From: an uncultured Gammaproteobacteria bacterium
GTDB lineage: Bacteria; Patescibacteriota; Microgenomatia; Levybacterales; UBA12049
Direction: 5' to 3'
DNA: 33,748 nt
Assembly: GCA_964469995.1 (NCBI GenBank)
Contig: CAYYAC010000002.1
Location: 1 to 33,748 of the forward strand
Shown here: positions 30,679-33,748 of the stretch, piece after piece
Layout: every line of letters starts with the position of its first letter
Numbering within the stretch: position 1 is the first letter of the stretch
The notes under the pieces: model-generated
Told to the model about the DNA's origin: nothing
Databases searched by the model: none
Seen by the model: only the letters and a program-made list of their open reading frames with translations
Program-made: the position numbers and the translations under genes

Positions 30679-31296
30679 CTACCCTACTTGAGTAGCAACG
30701 CTTCTTTCGTTAGAAAGTCCAAAGGATGTTCCGTGTTTTTTAAACATTGACCAATACTTTTTGTCTTTTTTGCTGTGCATTGCAGACATCCAGCCAACAG
30801 ATTCTTCAATTCTCATTCTTGCAGTTTTAACAATTGTATACATCCATTGGAATAAATTTTCGTGATATTTTCCTGGATTAACAATTTGAGGCTGGACAAC
30901 AACATCTTTAAATTGTGATTCCAGCTCTTGTGAAGACTGAGCTAATTTCTGTATTTCGCTTAGAATTTCTTCAACTCTTGCTTTTATTTCTCTGTTTTCT
31001 GAAGAAGACGTCTTGTCTGCGTGTATAATTTCGCGTCTGTAGTCTATTGCAGGCTCTATTTCTGAATGAGATGCCTTTTTGAGATCTAATGCTTCTCCTT
31101 CATGCAAATCTCCGCCAGTCTTAGCTGGTTTTTTCTGTTCTTTTACACCAAACATCTGTTCTATAAAATCCGAAGCCCCAGGAGCCACTAAATCAGAAGT
31201 AATTGAATCGCCAATACCACCCAGCATATTTCCCAATGCTTCAACAGGATTTTGATTAATGAAATGACGAGATTGTGTTTTTGATTTTTTACTCAT
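30679..31296 (-). CDS. hypothetical protein (205 aa, central coiled-coil-like segment)
   Basis: ORF only: EILSEIQKLAQSSQELESQFK heptad-like stretch and a Trp/Lys-rich C-terminus. No family recognised. Confidence 0.5.
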   Translation of the reverse strand: MSKKSKTQSRHFINQNPVEALGNMLGGIGDSITSDLVAPGASDFIEQMFGVKEQKKPAKTGGDLHEGEALDLKKASHSEIEPAIDYRREIIHADKTSSSENREIKARVEEILSEIQKLAQSSQELESQFKDVVVQPQIVNPGKYHENLFQWMYTIVKTARMRIEESVGWMSAMHSKKDKKYWSMFKKHGTSFGLSNERSVATQVG

Positions 31297-31313
31297 AGCC
31301 GGTATTCAAATTA

Positions 31314-32141
31314 TCACAAGTTTTTGAGGAAATCAAGCGTTTTTTGCTGTCTTAAAATGCTAGCTAAAAGATAGCTATTTGCTGAAAGTGATTTTCTTTC
31401 ATTTTCATCTTTTGCTTTTGCAATTGCTTCGTCAATTTCTTTTTGTTCTACTGTTATATTTTCTGTTTGGGCAACTTTTTGAAGAGCAAATTCAATTTTT
31501 ATATCATTTTCTGCTTTTATGGCGTAGTCTTTTTTCAAATCTTCCGATGTCTTTCCTGTTGACGAGAGGTATTGGTCAAGAGACATACCTAATTTTTTAA
31601 CTTCATCAAGAGTCTGTGCCAATAGCCTTTGAGTTTCCTGCTCTACAATAATAGAAGGAACTGTTAATTTAGTGGATTTAACAAGAGCAGAAATAAGTTC
31701 ATCAAAATTTACTTCCGCTTGTTCTTTGCCTGGAACTATAATTTTGTTTTTTGAAGTTATCTTTTTTACTTCTTCTTTATAGTTTCCAAGATCAATAACA
31801 GGAGCTTCACATGTCTCAGCAGTAAAAATTAAATCTTTTCCGCTTTCTATTTTTTCAATGTGAACTCTTGGATTAATAATTGGCTGCAGATTGTGCTCTT
31901 TAACTGCTTCTGAATATCCTTGAGGCAAAACTGTTCTTAAAAGCTCTTCTTCTACTTTTTGATTATCAATTCGCTCTTCTACTAATTTTTTAGGAGCTTT
32001 TCCTTTTCTAAAACCTGGAACCTGTGCTTGTTTTGAAAAATCTTCAAGAATAGCTGTTCTTGTTTTATCAAGAGTTGTGGCTGGAACTGTAATAGTTAAA
32101 GTTATTGTTCCGTTGTCTGATTTTACGATTTTAGAATTCAT
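31314..32141 (-). CDS. tig: trigger factor lacking the PPIase domain
   Basis: N-domain with the ribosome-binding signature GFRKGKAP runs straight into C-domain-like helices; 275 aa versus about 430 aa typically. ATG 32141 is used because the track start 32177 runs into the tRNA. Confidence 0.75.
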   Translation of the reverse strand: MNSKIVKSDNGTITLTITVPATTLDKTRTAILEDFSKQAQVPGFRKGKAPKKLVEERIDNQKVEEELLRTVLPQGYSEAVKEHNLQPIINPRVHIEKIESGKDLIFTAETCEAPVIDLGNYKEEVKKITSKNKIIVPGKEQAEVNFDELISALVKSTKLTVPSIIVEQETQRLLAQTLDEVKKLGMSLDQYLSSTGKTSEDLKKDYAIKAENDIKIEFALQKVAQTENITVEQKEIDEAIAKAKDENERKSLSANSYLLASILRQQKTLDFLKNL

Positions 32142-32150
32142 AATTTTAAG

Positions 32151-32232
32151 TGGGCCGGAGAGGACTCGAACCTCCAAGGGTTACCCCACATGGTCCTAAA
32201 CCATGCGCGTCTACCAATTCCGCCACCAGCCC
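32151..32232 (-). tRNA. tRNA-Leu (anticodon UAG), class II long variable arm, CCA not encoded
   Basis: GGGCTGG-TG-GCG-GAATTGGTAGA-CGC-G-CATGG-TTTAGGA-CCATG-TGGGGTAACCCTT-GGAGG-TTCGAGT-CCTCT-CCGGCCC-A. TATAAT (32258-32253) lies 20 nt upstream. Confidence 0.9.
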
Positions 32233-32265
32233 AAAGCTTAGGCGCAGTCCACATTATAACAGACT

Positions 32266-32817
32266 CTAGATAGAAATTGAAAGAGTGTCTGCAGGGTTTT
32301 TAAGCCTGAAGGCTTCCATCTGGTTCATGATGTTTTGCACTCTTACAGCCCATGTAGGAGAAGAAGCATACATACTACCTATTTCCCAAATATCCTCAGC
32401 TCCCCAAGCATCTATATAACGTGTTCTAAGCCCCTCAGATACGGTATCTATACCATTTTCCCATGAAGTAAAGTAAATAGTGTTATCTCCATAAATTCCC
32501 CATCCCCAACCATTATATGACCCGTAAGGAATATGCTGTCCGTAAGTAGATTCAAGACCTGAAATAGCAGCAACAAATCTCCAGTCAAGGTTATATTTAT
32601 CCGCGTCAGCTACAAAAGTTCTAGCATAAGGCGCAAGAGGTGAACCGTTACTTTCAAGGAATTTTCTGAGAATTTTTACTCTTGTATCTTCCTGTTTTAC
32701 GCTTGTGTCTGCAATAAGCACAGCAGATGCACCAGCCGCTTTCTGAGAAGCATTGGCTTTTGGAGTTATAAACGAGAGGATTGAAAGGACAAGAAAAAAC
32801 AATATAAGTCTTTTCAT
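32266..32817 (-). CDS. secreted lysozyme-like (glucosaminidase / lytic-transglycosylase-like) protein, paralogue A
   Basis: Signal peptide MKRLILFFLVLSILSFITPKANA|S. AISGLESTYG...GWGWGIYG block. Paralogous to 32996-33586. Confidence 0.45.
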   Translation of the reverse strand: MKRLILFFLVLSILSFITPKANASQKAAGASAVLIADTSVKQEDTRVKILRKFLESNGSPLAPYARTFVADADKYNLDWRFVAAISGLESTYGQHIPYGSYNGWGWGIYGDNTIYFTSWENGIDTVSEGLRTRYIDAWGAEDIWEIGSMYASSPTWAVRVQNIMNQMEAFRLKNPADTLSISI

Positions 32818-32844
32818 ATTTATATTGGCCTCTTTCAAGACCAA

Positions 32845-32889
32845 TAAAAAATCCTAACGTACGCATGTATAAGACGCATACCTTAGGAT
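32845..32889 (-). terminator. strong hairpin + U-tract located between a promoter and the paralogue-A start
   Basis: Minus strand reads AUCCUAAGGUAUGC-(11 nt)-GCGUACGUUAGGAU (13 of 14 positions pair, one a G-U wobble), followed by UUUUU. Confidence 0.65.
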
Positions 32890-32898
32890 CTGATATGA

Positions 32899-32942
32899 AT
32901 TGTATCAGATAACTATAGGTTTGTCAAGTATTTAACTATAGG
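32899..32942 (-). promoter_or_regulatory. promoter of paralogue A flanked by two AACTATAGG repeats
   Basis: Minus strand reads TTGACA (32927-32922), 17 nt, TACAAT (32904-32899). Plus-strand AACTATAGG sits at 32911-32919 and 32934-32942. Inverted repeat CTGATA-N7-TATCAG at 32890-32908 overlaps the -10. Confidence 0.5.
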
Positions 32943-32995
32943 ATATAAAGATAGACAAAGTGGCAAATCTGAAGCTAAATTTACAGTTTTTAGGA

Positions 32996-33586
32996 CTACA
33001 AAGAGGCAGAAGCAAGGGATAAAACTCCCATGAAGTGGTTAACTGAGTCTGCCCAAGAGCCTGTATTTGTAGGTGTATATTTCTTCATTATTTGGTCAGG
33101 GGTTTTGAGTCCCTTATTAATGTAGTTAGCTGCCAAGGTCTTGCTTACCTGATTTATAGCTTGTGGGTAGTTATCAAAGGTAGTTAAAGTTTTCCCGTAA
33201 ATTCCAAATCCCCAGCAGTTGTTTGAGCCTGCTTTAATCTTTTTGCAAAGATTGCTCTCCTGCATTGCAATCGCGGGAAGAAGTCTAAAGTCTATGTTGT
33301 ATCTATCTGCGCTGTCTATAATGCTTTGGGCAAATGGTTCAAGTGGAGATTTGTATTGATTGAAAAAACTTTTAACTATCTCAACACGGGCGTCTTTTTG
33401 ATCAATTATTCCAACCAGATTATTTTCAGCTGTAGGAAGTGCAGCGTACGCAGTTGCCTGATTTGAAGCTGAAAGTGTATTTAATCTGCCTGATTGAGAT
33501 GAGATGAAATATAAAGAAAGAGCGCTGGAAAGAAGTAAAACAGGGGGTACAAAAAAGAATAAACCGAGCAGTAATACCTTTTTCAT
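32996..33586 (-). CDS. secreted lysozyme-like protein, paralogue B
   Basis: N-terminal hydrophobic signal/anchor. AIAMQESNLC...NCWGFGIYG block collinear with paralogue A. Confidence 0.45.
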   Translation of the reverse strand: MKKVLLLGLFFFVPPVLLLSSALSLYFISSQSGRLNTLSASNQATAYAALPTAENNLVGIIDQKDARVEIVKSFFNQYKSPLEPFAQSIIDSADRYNIDFRLLPAIAMQESNLCKKIKAGSNNCWGFGIYGKTLTTFDNYPQAINQVSKTLAANYINKGLKTPDQIMKKYTPTNTGSWADSVNHFMGVLSLASASL

Positions 33587-33663
33587 ACTAAGTTAATTAT
33601 AGTCCCACATACCATACCGGATGTCAAGTTTTGAGCTTGAATTAGTGCTATAATCGGAAATAG

Positions 33664-33746
33664 GCCCGGGTGGCGAAATGGCAGACGCGCAGTGTTCAGA
33701 ACGCTGTTTCCGTAAGGAAATGGAGGTTCAAGTCCTCTCCCGGGCA
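33664..33746 (+). tRNA. tRNA-Leu (anticodon CAG), class II, at window edge
   Basis: GCCCGGG-TG-GCG-AAATGGCAGA-CGC-G-CAGTG-TTCAGAA-CGCTG-TTTCCGTAAGGAAAT-GGAGG-TTCAAGT-CCTCT-CCCGGGC-A. TATAAT 33649-33654 lies 9 nt upstream of the 5' end. Confidence 0.85.
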
Positions 33747-33748
33747 CA

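Noticed and set aside
32142-32177. N-terminal extension of the tig ORF (track start 32177), and similar upstream extensions at 9537, 8898, 11371, 20468, 26455, 29259 and 32844.
   Set aside because: The tig extension overlaps tRNA-Leu(UAG). The others start at TTG/GTG or add residues ahead of a signal peptide or conserved N-terminus, whereas a downstream ATG has an ATGA overlap, an SD or promoter support.
1-33748. Alternative genetic code (UGA as a sense codon, as in some CPR lineages).
   Set aside because: TGA terminates several well-delimited genes (7046-7048, 7534-7536, 8025-8027, 8486-8488, 8956-8958), each overlapped by the next ATG. Conserved proteins translate full length under the standard code.
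29285-33748. tRNA-bracketed segment considered as an integrative island or mobile element; CRISPR arrays also considered.
   Set aside because: I found no integrase, transposase or recombinase ORF, no direct repeat of a tRNA 3' end, and no regularly spaced repeats. The segment contains core genes (tig).

Overview
Gene-dense, low-GC (about 30-40% by eye) bacterial fragment using the standard code (TGA is a stop). Gene content and several domain-reduced housekeeping proteins suggest a Patescibacteria/CPR-type genome, but this is inference because no search was possible. Layout: 1-387 (-) partial holB. 404-12671 (+) holds a complete monoderm-style type IV pilus (T4P) locus: pilB-pilT-pilC-pilin-pilD, six more pilin-like genes chained by ATGA overlaps, then pilM-pilN-pilO, with no secretin. 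12655-20887 (-) holds trmD, KH protein, rpsP, rnc, nusB, rpmF, a HAD hydrolase, recG, an untracked 35-aa ORF, purD, tyrS and a membrane ORF. 20942-23260 (+) is a class A PBP. 23257-33586 (-) holds pheT-pheS, a small Cys protein, rplT, an untracked 50-aa basic ORF, rpmI-infC-thrS, a small membrane protein, a lipoprotein, tRNA-Val, two unknown ORFs, tig, tRNA-Leu(UAG) and two paralogous secreted wall-hydrolase-like genes. tRNA-Leu(CAG) lies on + at the window end. No CRISPR, transposase or integrase was seen. Main leads: (1) a pilin fused to an endostatin/DUF1554-like domain plus a 6-Cys module, a candidate pilus-displayed adhesin; (2) about 11 sigma-70-type promoters placed so the predicted +1 is the A of the ATG, suggesting leaderless expression of operon-first genes; (3) a leaderless 14-codon leader ORF followed by a twin-SD/anti-SD terminator-antiterminator switch; (4) a 50-aa basic ORF coupled between L35 and L20; (5) ThrRS without its editing/TGS half, trigger factor without its PPIase domain, and a lone purD inside a tyrS-recG operon; (6) promoter-then-terminator leaders and a shared CCTATAGTT motif at envelope-gene promoters. 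All functional calls rest on motif recognition by eye and need profile or structure searches.
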